From a virus (taxonomy: Duplodnaviria > Caudoviricetes), in IMG/VR virus record IMGVR_UViG_3300025276_000050, positions 1 through 47,975 of that record: a stretch of DNA of 47,975 bases; one strand, given 5' to 3'. The notes beneath the pieces are model-generated. The model worked only from the letters and a program-made list of their open reading frames with translations, was not told the DNA's origin and did no database searches. Of this stretch, positions 19,823-28,492 are shown piece by piece. Positions within the stretch are counted from its first letter, which is position 1. Every line of letters begins with the position of its first letter. A program made the translations under genes and the position numbers.

Positions 19823-21052
19823 ATGAGTATTGTAGGAGCAATTAAAGGGGCTAACAAGGTCTCTAAGTTCTCTGATGAAGCTTTAAAAGGGGCTAATAAA
19901 GAGGCTGAATCTTTTAAATCAAGTAGTGTTCTAGTCGATATGCCTATAAACCAATTTTTAACTATGGCAGAACGTCTAGAATCTCCTGACCCATCAAAGA
20001 TAGAGAAAACAAGGGAGCTAGTAAAGGAAGGGACACCTTTTAGTGATGTACCTTATTTGAATATCGCAGACCAAGGGGACGGTTCTGCTAAAGTTGTAGG
20101 ACACGAAGGTAGGCACAGGGCACTCGCTTTACAAGAACAAGGAGAAGATACTATACCTGTTAGGCTACGTTCTGTCTATCAAGGGGGTAAAGGTAAGAAG
20201 ATCTACTTTGACCAACAAAGTGACGATTCTCACCGTGACTACGTAAAGAATTGGCCTACCCAACTTAAAGGAGAAAGCGGGGGCCGCCTCCCTTTTCCTG
20301 TAAAACAAGGCGAGTCAGGTAAGGTTAATAGAAACTTACCTAAAGCTTTACAAGGTAAAAAGATAACTAAAATAGGCGAGCTGCCTTCAATTTCTCCTGA
20401 AGACACCAAAAACTTAATGGCTAAATATCGAGAGCAAGATGCTAAAGATATGAAGTTTCAAGAACCTCACTTGTACCACGGTAGTTCTAGGAACGACATT
20501 GAGGAGTTTAAGCACGGGGAAAGCGAGAAGTTTGATTCAGGTTGGTATGGAGAGGGGCACCACTTTACCCCTGTACCAGAGGAAGCGGCTGACTACGCAG
20601 GGTATAACAAACATAAAGGTGAGGCACCTACAGGTGCTACCATATACCCTGTTAGGGTTAGAAGTGATAAACCTTTTATTGTAGACGGTATAGGCTTTAG
20701 AGCTTTTAAAGGCGCTATAGGTAATAAGTTTGGGGATAAAATACTAGACGGGATGACCAAGAAAGCCACTAAAGATGGGGAGTTTGATCAAGAACTGTTC
20801 AATAAGAACGCTACTAAGTTCCTTAAGAAAGCGGGACACGATAGTGTATGGGCAGGGTATGATAAAACTCCTACAAGCGTAGCAGACGCAAGCGAAGTTA
20901 TAGTGTTTGACAGTAAACAGGTTAGATCTGTTAATGCTAAGTTTGATAAAAAGAAGGCGAGTAGTGGGGATATAATGGCAGGAATAGCGGGTGGTTCTTT
21001 GGTTATAAAGAAGATTTCAGATAACACAGGTGAAGTTGAGGGGGAAGCATGA
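19823..21052 (+). CDS. ParB/Srx-like domain fused to ADP-ribosyltransferase-like (ART-PolyVal type) domain
   Basis: N half: PYL...VVGHEGRHRALAL...G...IPV. C half: LYHGS...F...GWYGEGHHFTP...A.DYA...IYPV...AGHDSV...EVIVFDSKQVRS. Confidence 0.72.
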   Translation: MSIVGAIKGANKVSKFSDEALKGANKEAESFKSSSVLVDMPINQFLTMAERLESPDPSKIEKTRELVKEGTPFSDVPYLNIADQGDGSAKVVGHEGRHRALALQEQGEDTIPVRLRSVYQGGKGKKIYFDQQSDDSHRDYVKNWPTQLKGESGGRLPFPVKQGESGKVNRNLPKALQGKKITKIGELPSISPEDTKNLMAKYREQDAKDMKFQEPHLYHGSSRNDIEEFKHGESEKFDSGWYGEGHHFTPVPEEAADYAGYNKHKGEAPTGATIYPVRVRSDKPFIVDGIGFRAFKGAIGNKFGDKILDGMTKKATKDGEFDQELFNKNATKFLKKAGHDSVWAGYDKTPTSVADASEVIVFDSKQVRSVNAKFDKKKASSGDIMAGIAGGSLVIKKISDNTGEVEGEA

Positions 21053-21420
21053 GTATTTTAGCAACAATTTTTGGGTCAGGGGATGTTATAGCCAACGGTA
21101 TGAAACTGATTGACGATATACACACATCAGATGAAGAAGAGATAGCAGCGAAGAACAAAGCAAAGACAGAGTTAATAGGGGCGTATGCTCCTTATAAAGT
21201 TATCCAAAGGTACTTGTCGTTAATGTTTGCAAGCACTTATTTACTCTCGTTCTTTATTTGTTTAGGGATGGTTCTAGCGGCTGAGTCTTTCACTAAGGTA
21301 GATGTGACTAACTTGTTAGGGGAGTTTTATATTGGGGAGATTATGCTTACCATTGTAGCATTTTATTTTGCTGGGGGAGCTATTGAAGGTGTGGTTAGTA
21401 AGGTGAAAGGAAATGGTTGA
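21049..21420 (+). CDS. Holin-like membrane protein
   Basis: 123 aa. N-terminal LIDDIHTSDEE and two hydrophobic segments ending IVAFYFAG, like the 3TM/GTA-type holin family. Confidence 0.65.
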   Translation: MSILATIFGSGDVIANGMKLIDDIHTSDEEEIAAKNKAKTELIGAYAPYKVIQRYLSLMFASTYLLSFFICLGMVLAAESFTKVDVTNLLGEFYIGEIMLTIVAFYFAGGAIEGVVSKVKGNG

Positions 21421-22036
21421 CGGTATGATTGCTACTGGGTCAGTAAAAGAGACAGATGCTTTATGGATTCAGGTGCATAAAAACAATGACCAGATAGGGG
21501 GCATTAAGACTGAAGTAGCAGAAACATCCGCTACTATAGCAGCCCTTATCCGTCAGATGGATAGGCAGTTCAAAGAACAGGCTACCTTGATTGAGAATAA
21601 CCGACCTAGTTCAACTCCGTTACTTCAGTTAGCTGTCTTTTGTGTAGCTGTCTTAGGTTTATTCGGAGGGTCTATGACTTACGTAACTAACATAAACTCT
21701 GAAGCTTTAGAGCGTGAAATAGATTTACGTATTCAAGCTGTGGAAGCCCAAAGCTCTATAACCTATAATGCTTTTAGCGAGAATATACACGCAGTTAATA
21801 GGCAAATAGAGGATGTTCAGGCGAGCATGAAAGTAGATGACCAACGTGAGCAGACGGATATGTATGACAAAGGTTGGGCTGAAGCACATTCTATGTTAAT
21901 TAGAAAGGATTTCAATCAATTAGATAGGGATTTGTATAACAGGAATAGGGAGAGAGTAGTCTCGGAGAAGAATTTACACGGAAGGTTACGAGCGATAGAA
22001 GAGATATTCTATATAGATGGGGAAGTGGTAGAATAG
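21413..22036 (+). CDS. Membrane-anchored coiled-coil hypothetical protein
   Basis: One hydrophobic segment (LLQLAVFCVAVLGLFGG) flanked by coiled coils. Last gene of the + arm. Confidence 0.65.
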   Translation: MVDGMIATGSVKETDALWIQVHKNNDQIGGIKTEVAETSATIAALIRQMDRQFKEQATLIENNRPSSTPLLQLAVFCVAVLGLFGGSMTYVTNINSEALEREIDLRIQAVEAQSSITYNAFSENIHAVNRQIEDVQASMKVDDQREQTDMYDKGWAEAHSMLIRKDFNQLDRDLYNRNRERVVSEKNLHGRLRAIEEIFYIDGEVVE

Positions 22037-22051
22037 CCCCATTTCTGGGGC
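22036..22051. terminator. Hairpin at the convergence of the two genome arms (possible bidirectional terminator)
   Basis: GCCCCA-TTTC-TGGGGC in the gap between convergent stops. U-tracts are poor. Confidence 0.5.
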
Positions 22052-22059
22052 GTTGTAGG

Positions 22060-22368
22060 TTAGCTGCTTTCAGATACTTCTGACAGGTTACGGGTTAAAG
22101 CAGCTTCATCTAGTTGCTCTTGATACCACTCTCCAAGTCCTGGAGTAGCTAGTATCTCCTCGTCCTCCATAGGGAAAGTTTCCATACGGCTGTAGCGGTG
22201 TAGGCTTAGCACAGATTGCTTGCCTGACCACTCCTGTAGCCCTATAACTCCGCTAGGAGATACATCAGCCCGTATAGCTCCTACAAACTCTTCCGCCACT
22301 ACTTCCTCTGTGTCGGTAAGATTAACATCAAAATCATACTTTACTTTATACAATACTACTTTATACAT
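22060..22368 (-). CDS. Hypothetical protein (102 aa, MYKVVLYK...)
   Basis: ATG at 22368 follows GAGAGG, a better start than the track's 22416. Confidence 0.7.
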   Translation of the reverse strand: MYKVVLYKVKYDFDVNLTDTEEVVAEEFVGAIRADVSPSGVIGLQEWSGKQSVLSLHRYSRMETFPMEDEEILATPGLGEWYQEQLDEAALTRNLSEVSESS

Positions 22369-22468
22369 TTTTATTCCTCTCATTTTTAACTTTCTTAGGC
22401 GTATCAGCCTTATCATTTAATTTCACTTCAAATTGCGATAGCTGTCTACTACGACTGCTTGACTTCAT
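22361..22468 (-). CDS. Small basic hypothetical protein (35 aa, MKSSSRSRQLSQFEVK...), not in the ORF track
   Basis: AAGGAG RBS 5 nt before the ATG. Fills the gap after the RNR gene and overlaps the next start (ATGTATAA). Confidence 0.55.
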   Translation of the reverse strand: MKSSSRSRQLSQFEVKLNDKADTPKKVKNERNKNV

Positions 22469-22481
22469 CTTATCTCCTTTC

Positions 22482-24191
22482 TTAACCACACTCTTTCTGA
22501 CCTGTCAGAGGGTCAATAAAACAAGCCTCTGCTTTATCCTCTTCTACTTTATCATCGTCAGTAGTATTCAGTATACCATACCTCTTACCCCCTACGTTGA
22601 ATGTAGTACAACCTTTACAACCTTCAGTCCAAGCAGTCATGTAGATGTCTTTAAAGTCCGTCCAAGCAATGTCAGGTGATACATTAATGGTCTTAGATAC
22701 AGCACTATCTACATATCTAGAACATAAGGCTAGTACGCCTAGGTGCTCCATAGCTGTGCAGTCGTCCGCTCTCTTACCTCTAATGTTGTGGTAGTGATAG
22801 TTGTAATCCGATACAGGCTCTGTTATAGGCCCGTCTACAGTCTGTATTGTCCTATCGTATGTCCAACTAAATACAGGTTCAATACCTGAGGAGATATTAT
22901 CAGCAGATAAGCTGATTGTACCAGTGGGTGCAATAGACAATAGATGACTGTTCCGTATACCATATTTCTTAATAAGAGCACGTACTGACTTAGGTAGTGT
23001 CTTAATAAACTTACCTGCAAGATACTTCTCCTCATCGTATAAAGGAAAGCTTCCTTTTTCCTTAGCTAAGTAAGCAGAAGCTTTGTACACTTCATCCCTT
23101 AATACAGCTAAGATCTTCTCATGCTCTACGAGATAATCAGCTGAACCGTATGGATAGCCAAGGCGCTCCAGAGCATTAGCAACCCCAGTAACCCCAAGTC
23201 CCATACGTCTTTTATCCCTACTCTCCTGAGCTTGCGCTTCAAGCGGGAACACAGTGGAGTCGTGAATATTGTCCATTGCACGTACAACTGGTGGTATATC
23301 TTTCTTAAATAGTTCATAATCAAAAACCAAATCATCTGTTATATATTTAACACAGTTAAAACTCCCTAGTAGACATGCACCATAGGCAGGTAGCGGTTGC
23401 TCTCCACATGGATTAGTTGCTTTAATAGTCTCACAGTAGTATAAGTTATTCATCTCATTAATGCGGTCAATGAATAATATTCCAGGCTCAGCCCAGTCAA
23501 ACGTACTACGCATTATCATTTCCCACAATGTAGGGGCATGAATCCTCTTGTACACACGACCTTCAAACTCTAAGGCAAACATCTTATTAGCTACAACACA
23601 TTCCATAAACTCATCAGTCACACCGATAGAGATGTTGAATGCAGTAAGCTCAGTACTGTTCTGTTTAGCGTGAATAAACTCCTCAATGTCAGGGTGGTCT
23701 ACACGAAGTACACCCATCTGTGCACCCCGTCTGTGCCCTGCACTGGAGATAGTCTGACACACACTGTCAAAGATACGCATAAAGCTTATAGGGCCGCTAG
23801 ACTGGCTTCCTAGGGTGGTTATCAAGTCCCCCTTAGGACGTATACTAGAGAAGCAATAGCCTATACCACCTCCCTTACGCATTGTCTGACCACTCTCTTT
23901 AGCCATGTCCATGATGCTAGAGAAGCTATCCTCTACCTCTCCTGACACAAAGCAATTAAAGGCAGTGGTCTGGTTAGGACTGCCTATAGCACTCTGAGTT
24001 CTACCTGCTCCCATAAACTTCTGGGGAAGCAGTATCTCACGTAACGTCTTGAACTCCTCCTCTGTATCGGTTAACGCACCTACAAAACGGTTAACCCCTT
24101 CTCTGTAACTCTCTCCTTCGCCCCTGTACTTCATTGCATGAATCTCTTGAGAGATCTTCATCTGTGGGCCTTCGTTAAACTTCTTCTCCAT
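22482..24191 (-). CDS. nrdJ: Class II (adenosylcobalamin-dependent) ribonucleotide reductase
   Basis: Motifs NCFV, GGGIG, RRGAQM, EPGILF, TNPCGEQPL, RRMGLG, APTGTIS and terminal Cys pair (C...KECG). No beta-subunit gene seen in the genome. Confidence 0.88.
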   Translation of the reverse strand: MEKKFNEGPQMKISQEIHAMKYRGEGESYREGVNRFVGALTDTEEEFKTLREILLPQKFMGAGRTQSAIGSPNQTTAFNCFVSGEVEDSFSSIMDMAKESGQTMRKGGGIGYCFSSIRPKGDLITTLGSQSSGPISFMRIFDSVCQTISSAGHRRGAQMGVLRVDHPDIEEFIHAKQNSTELTAFNISIGVTDEFMECVVANKMFALEFEGRVYKRIHAPTLWEMIMRSTFDWAEPGILFIDRINEMNNLYYCETIKATNPCGEQPLPAYGACLLGSFNCVKYITDDLVFDYELFKKDIPPVVRAMDNIHDSTVFPLEAQAQESRDKRRMGLGVTGVANALERLGYPYGSADYLVEHEKILAVLRDEVYKASAYLAKEKGSFPLYDEEKYLAGKFIKTLPKSVRALIKKYGIRNSHLLSIAPTGTISLSADNISSGIEPVFSWTYDRTIQTVDGPITEPVSDYNYHYHNIRGKRADDCTAMEHLGVLALCSRYVDSAVSKTINVSPDIAWTDFKDIYMTAWTEGCKGCTTFNVGGKRYGILNTTDDDKVEEDKAEACFIDPLTGQKECG

Positions 24192-24315
24192 CAACTACCT
24201 CTATTATTGATATTTGACTGCCCTCTATGGCAGCTACTTCATAGGTTCCTGTCGCACTTAGTTCCAACTGCAACAGGTCTATCAGCTCGTCCTTCGTCAT
24301 TAGGTACTGGTTCAT
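24175..24315 (-). CDS. Small acidic hypothetical protein (46 aa, MNQYLMTKDELIDLLQLE...), not in the ORF track
   Basis: GAGGG RBS. Overlaps the tail of the DUF3310 gene and the RNR start, covering the gap between them. Confidence 0.5.
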   Translation of the reverse strand: MNQYLMTKDELIDLLQLELSATGTYEVAAIEGSQISIIEVVDGEEV

Positions 24316-24550
24316 CTAATCCCTCAAGGTCAATTAGAAGGTCTACATAATGTTTAATCTTCAGTAGATCTTCAAGCCCGTTCTTATCCCGCCAACGTGT
24401 AATATACTTAACTACGTTACCCTCTATATAAGGGAGCTTGTTAGCGTGGATATATTGTATAGGCTGTATAGCCTGAGACTTGTAATGAGAGCCTCCAAGC
24501 TGTACATCTAAAGCCATTAACTGTTTAAAACGTTTGTGGGAATCACTCAT
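24239..24550 (-). CDS. DUF3310 / T7 gp1.7-like nucleotide kinase family protein
   Basis: GGSHYK..IQPIQYI.AN.L.Y.EGNVVKY..R...KNGLEDL.K..HY is the characteristic pattern. Confidence 0.82.
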   Translation of the reverse strand: MSDSHKRFKQLMALDVQLGGSHYKSQAIQPIQYIHANKLPYIEGNVVKYITRWRDKNGLEDLLKIKHYVDLLIDLEGLDEPVPNDEGRADRPVAVGTKCDRNL

Positions 24551-25323
24551 AGGTATTTCTCCATAAGATATTTAAGACTTATCTCGCAAACATCTGCTCC
24601 ACCATCTGCCACTTCATTCAAGTGGATGATGCCTTGCCAATGCTCATTCCCTTGTATGCCCATGAAGTCTTCATCATGTTGGTAGAAGCTGCCTGCTACA
24701 ATACCTAACCGCCTAGTACCATCTGCTAGATAATGCTTACCCATCTTCAATCCTTGGCAATGGCCTTGGATGAAGCTGAAGCCTGCATTCTTAAGCATGG
24801 TATCAATAGCTCCACCAAGCGGCCCCTTCTTAGCACTGTGAGGGTTTACATGGTAGTGGCTAAAGCGTATACCTTCTATGTTAACTACTTCTAAGAACTT
24901 ATATACTTCAAAGCCATAGTCTTCTAAGAAGGCCCTAGTGTCATCTATCTCAAGACCCTCTAGGATAGGGTTAGACTCAACAAGCCTAGGTAGTCTAACT
25001 TCAGGGTCATGGTTACCTGTAGTGAACACTAGCCTTGGTTTGTATTGCTTCTTAGCGTTCTTCCTCATACGAGCGTTATACTTCGTAAGGGGAGACATAA
25101 ACAAGTGCATAGCTTCCTTGCCTGCTTCTATGTCTTCTATAACCCGCTTACCCTCAATCTCCATCTGAGTGGCGTATAGGTTACAAGAAGGCATGTCCCA
25201 CCAATCTCCTGCTACAACAACAACATCAGGCTTATGCTTGACAATGTATTTACCTGCGGCAAGTAGGTGGTCAATAGGCACACCTTTCTTTACTTGTGTG
25301 TCTGGGATATAAACAAGTTTCAT
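24547..25323 (-). CDS. Calcineurin-like metallophosphoesterase
   Basis: Metal-binding motifs IPDTQ, GDWWD, GNHD, FSHY and QGH occur in canonical order. Confidence 0.85.
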   Translation of the reverse strand: MKLVYIPDTQVKKGVPIDHLLAAGKYIVKHKPDVVVVAGDWWDMPSCNLYATQMEIEGKRVIEDIEAGKEAMHLFMSPLTKYNARMRKNAKKQYKPRLVFTTGNHDPEVRLPRLVESNPILEGLEIDDTRAFLEDYGFEVYKFLEVVNIEGIRFSHYHVNPHSAKKGPLGGAIDTMLKNAGFSFIQGHCQGLKMGKHYLADGTRRLGIVAGSFYQHDEDFMGIQGNEHWQGIIHLNEVADGGADVCEISLKYLMEKYL

Positions 25324-25505
25324 TGTTCTTCCTCCATAGGCTGTGATCTGTTAATCTTAACAGCGACTAGTTGATAGAAAGCCGCCTCAAGACCGTCTGA
25401 GTAACCTGCTAAGTATTGGTCAAGCTCTCCTGTTAAAGTAATCTCAGCATTAACGCCCTCTATTTGGAAGGCGATATGCTCAATCATACTGTCTAAGGTA
25501 ACCAT
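25320..25505 (-). CDS. Hypothetical protein
   Basis: 61-aa ORF with overlapping start/stop junctions on both sides. Confidence 0.65.
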   Translation of the reverse strand: MVTLDSMIEHIAFQIEGVNAEITLTGELDQYLAGYSDGLEAAFYQLVAVKINRSQPMEEEQ

Positions 25506-25777
25506 TAGTGTTTAACCACATCAGTTATTTTAATACCACGATCCGTAAGGACTTCTTCCATAGCTGTAATAGCTATTAGACGCTCCCCTTCAGGGACTTG
25601 TGAGAAGTAGTACAATATATCTGCTGTTGTATCATGTCTAATCTTACTGCCTGTCTGTCCTGATTCAATCATGTTAGCTAACACTGTCCCTCTGTTGAAA
25701 CCCCGTAACTCAGGGTCTTCAACATCGTTAAACAGGGAGTAACCTTTGTATTCATTTATTTGCTTTTCTTCTTGCAT
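25505..25777 (-). CDS. Hypothetical protein
   Basis: 90-aa ORF packed tightly in the operon. Confidence 0.65.
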   Translation of the reverse strand: MQEEKQINEYKGYSLFNDVEDPELRGFNRGTVLANMIESGQTGSKIRHDTTADILYYFSQVPEGERLIAITAMEEVLTDRGIKITDVVKH

Positions 25778-26159
25778 TTGCTATTCCTTTTTCAATATTA
25801 GTCTTCTCATCGTGGCAAGGTTTACATAGAACCTGTAAGCCACTAGCTTCACAAAACATTCTAGTTATTGTGTCATCCCAGCTGATGAAACCAAGCTCAG
25901 GATCAATAATAGGCACGATGTGATCCACGCTACAAACACTACTTGGGAAATGATTTTTACAACTAGCGCACTCATGGTGCATAGCCAGTCTTCCTGACCT
26001 CTTGTTAATTTTCTTGCCAACTTGACTCTCCTTGAGTACTTGGTACTTAGGGGGCCACTTGATGCTGGCTTTCCTTAACGCTGATTTAACAAAGCTATTG
26101 TACCTCGATTGTGTCCATTGACCGTTGTTATACGGCTTCTCTACGATTTTTCTAGGCAA
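25752..26159 (-). CDS. HNH endonuclease
   Basis: CASC...VDHIVP...LQVLCKPCHDEKT zinc/HNH pattern. TTG start after GGAG. Confidence 0.85.
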   Translation of the reverse strand: MPRKIVEKPYNNGQWTQSRYNSFVKSALRKASIKWPPKYQVLKESQVGKKINKRSGRLAMHHECASCKNHFPSSVCSVDHIVPIIDPELGFISWDDTITRMFCEASGLQVLCKPCHDEKTNIEKGIANARRKANK

Positions 26160-27084
26160 CAGGAATCTCCCACATTACAGGGGCACCGTTCTCGTCTAAC
26201 TTTTGTACCATCCATAGTAACCTCGCTTGTTCTATAAGCTCGTCTTCGATGAAGGTGTCACAGTAGTCATTCTTAACCCCCTCTATTTCCCACTCAGATA
26301 GGTCATACATTCCACCTTCTTCAGACAACACCTCTGAGAAGCGCTCCAGAGCCTCGTCATAGAACTTATCAGCATATAGACCCAAACATACGTCATACAT
26401 CTCAATCTCGCTCACACAGCCTCTCAGAGCGTCATACGCCCCTTTAGCTCCACAGCCAGGAAGTCCAGGGATATTATCCACTGTATCTCCCATTAAGATT
26501 TGAGCATAGAACATACGTAATCCTGTAGCTTCTAGTTTGCTAAACACCTCTGACTCTTTACCTGTAACTTTACTAACCTTAGTCTTATACTTAGGAGTAA
26601 ACTCACCTAGCTTATCTACCTCATGTAAGGGACGCTCAGGTTGGTTGTGACATTCCCATGAATAGTGCCAACCTGGAACTATACGTAAGTCTTTATCCCT
26701 AGAGCATATAACTGTAGCAGAAGAGGGGTCATCTGTTTGTGCTATAGCCATAGCATCGTCAGCTTCCATACCGTCAACCACCACTGCGTTATGACTGAAC
26801 GTCAGGTACGCTCTCATGTTAGCATAGTGAAAAGGCTTATCTGCTTTACGTGTTCCCTTATATACTTTTCGTGTAGCTATATCTGCACGGAAGTTGCCTT
26901 TACCTGTTAGGTATAAGACATGTGAAGTGGCTCCTACAGCCTCACATATATCTTCAATAAGGTTATCCATACGTTCAGCAGCTTGATCGAAGTGGGAGAT
27001 CTGTAACTCCCCCTCTTCATCTACCCACTGGCTAGCAAACGCTATTTGATATTCCAACATGTCAGCATCTATTAAAGCCTTCAT
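26152..27084 (-). CDS. 5'-3' exonuclease (T7 gp6 / FEN family)
   Basis: LIDAD, NFR...YKG.R, EADD, DKDL and GDTVDNIPGLPGCG (H3TH) motifs. Confidence 0.9.
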   Translation of the reverse strand: MKALIDADMLEYQIAFASQWVDEEGELQISHFDQAAERMDNLIEDICEAVGATSHVLYLTGKGNFRADIATRKVYKGTRKADKPFHYANMRAYLTFSHNAVVVDGMEADDAMAIAQTDDPSSATVICSRDKDLRIVPGWHYSWECHNQPERPLHEVDKLGEFTPKYKTKVSKVTGKESEVFSKLEATGLRMFYAQILMGDTVDNIPGLPGCGAKGAYDALRGCVSEIEMYDVCLGLYADKFYDEALERFSEVLSEEGGMYDLSEWEIEGVKNDYCDTFIEDELIEQARLLWMVQKLDENGAPVMWEIPVA

Positions 27085-27350
27085 GCGAATAACCGTTCCC
27101 CATTAAGAGGGAACACCTTAGCAACTAGAGCAGGGTCAGCAATAGTCTCCTTACCAGTGCCCCCCTTACCTGCCATGATGCGCTCAAAAGTATTGTTACG
27201 TTGCTTACCGCACATAGATACTTGTACAGTGGTTTTGCCGTCATCTACAGCTCTCCATACCTCCCCTGAGAAAGGGGCTGTAGGAGGACTGCTGTTAACA
27301 TATTGCATACGTTCTTCAAACAACTTCTTGTTCCATTCTTCAGCGTTCAT
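27081..27350 (-). CDS. Hypothetical protein (89 aa, MNAEEWNKK...)
   Basis: ATG at 27350 follows AGAGGA, and this start avoids overlap with the upstream gene. Confidence 0.65.
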   Translation of the reverse strand: MNAEEWNKKLFEERMQYVNSSPPTAPFSGEVWRAVDDGKTTVQVSMCGKQRNNTFERIMAGKGGTGKETIADPALVAKVFPLNGERLFA

Positions 27351-27360
27351 ACTATTTCCT

Positions 27361-28062
27361 CTAGTAAGGGTTTTCGTCATCGTTATCCGCTTCAGGTGCT
27401 TCAGGGGCAGCTCTCTGCTCCACTTTAGGTTCAGGTGCACCGCCTATAAGCTTAGCCAAGTGACTGTGTGCATAGTCGTTAGCCCCCATGATAATACCTT
27501 GTAAGAACTCAGGCTGTGCTCTGAACTGTTCAAGAGTACATTCTTCATCGAATGGATCGTAATAGAATGTGTCATTAACTAACTCAGGCTGTACATATCC
27601 TGGAAAGTCTGCAACAGCTGTTACATCACCGATGTTCTCAAACACCTTACCTGCATGTTTACCTTTACCTGCGTTGTTAGTCACTACAACAGTACAAGGT
27701 AGCCCTAAGCAATTTGCAATAACACCTTTGTTTGTATGAGCTGGGTCAAACACATTGTAACGCTTAGTGAACTTAGCACGGTCAAGCTTTAAGCTTTTAA
27801 ATGCGACTGTCTCTGACTGCCAGCGTGGTTTATCTGTCAAGTCCTCCCCGTCTTCCCCTTTCATAAACGCATGAGACAATTCATATGTTAACCTCACTTC
27901 CTGTACAGGTGGCTTAGCCTCCCCCATGTAAGGACGTTGATTCTGTTCTCCTACAAACACCGCACCCACTAAACGTGCTGGGTATCCGTTAGGTTTTAAT
28001 ACTTCTTTATTAAACTTATTTCCACCATCACCTGCTGGAATATCTGCTGCTGATCTAGCCAT
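27361..28062 (-). CDS. Probable single-stranded DNA-binding protein
   Basis: Lies between polymerase and exonuclease. Acidic C-terminal tail ends in an aromatic residue (EADNDDENPY), as in phage SSBs. Start placed at MARSAAD. Confidence 0.6.
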   Translation of the reverse strand: MARSAADIPAGDGGNKFNKEVLKPNGYPARLVGAVFVGEQNQRPYMGEAKPPVQEVRLTYELSHAFMKGEDGEDLTDKPRWQSETVAFKSLKLDRAKFTKRYNVFDPAHTNKGVIANCLGLPCTVVVTNNAGKGKHAGKVFENIGDVTAVADFPGYVQPELVNDTFYYDPFDEECTLEQFRAQPEFLQGIIMGANDYAHSHLAKLIGGAPEPKVEQRAAPEAPEADNDDENPY

Positions 28063-28063
28063 A

Positions 28064-28483
28064 TTATTTATACTCTTGTTGTTTAAACTTGTTAAGGAAT
28101 ATATTATTCCTTGGTTCTTTGCCTTTGCCGTCGGCTCTTCCAAAATTAATAGAAGTCTTTTTTATTACTTGAGAAGCCGCAGCTCCCCAGATGTCTCCTG
28201 TAGGGGGATGGACAAATATAAACCTATCTATTTCGTGGGGTTCGTAAGGTTTCTTGTTAGGTACCAACCTACATTGTCGGTAAGTTATTCCATTTACAGT
28301 ATTATCCTGCACGGTCTTCACCTGAACCTTTAGGACACTTCCTGTTTCTTTGTCTACTACCACAAAATCTACACGGGGTTGAGGGGATACAGGTGTAAAC
28401 ACATCCCAACCACGTTCGAGATATACCCGCTGTGCGGCCATCTCACTTAAGACTCCTACAGTTTTTAAATCTTTCTTAAACAC
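28064..28483 (-). CDS. PD-(D/E)XK endonuclease (homing-endonuclease-like)
   Basis: G.LSE..A...L.RGW.VF.P...RVDFVV...KVQVKT matches the intron-associated PD-(D/E)XK pattern. Confidence 0.75.
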   Translation of the reverse strand: MFKKDLKTVGVLSEMAAQRVYLERGWDVFTPVSPQPRVDFVVVDKETGSVLKVQVKTVQDNTVNGITYRQCRLVPNKKPYEPHEIDRFIFVHPPTGDIWGAAASQVIKKTSINFGRADGKGKEPRNNIFLNKFKQQEYK

Positions 28484-28492
28484 TTCAATACC

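Noticed and set aside
24195-24300. Cobalamin riboswitch upstream of nrdJ
   Set aside because: Only a short hairpin and an AGACCTG word are present. The core B12-element motifs are missing and the region appears to be coding.
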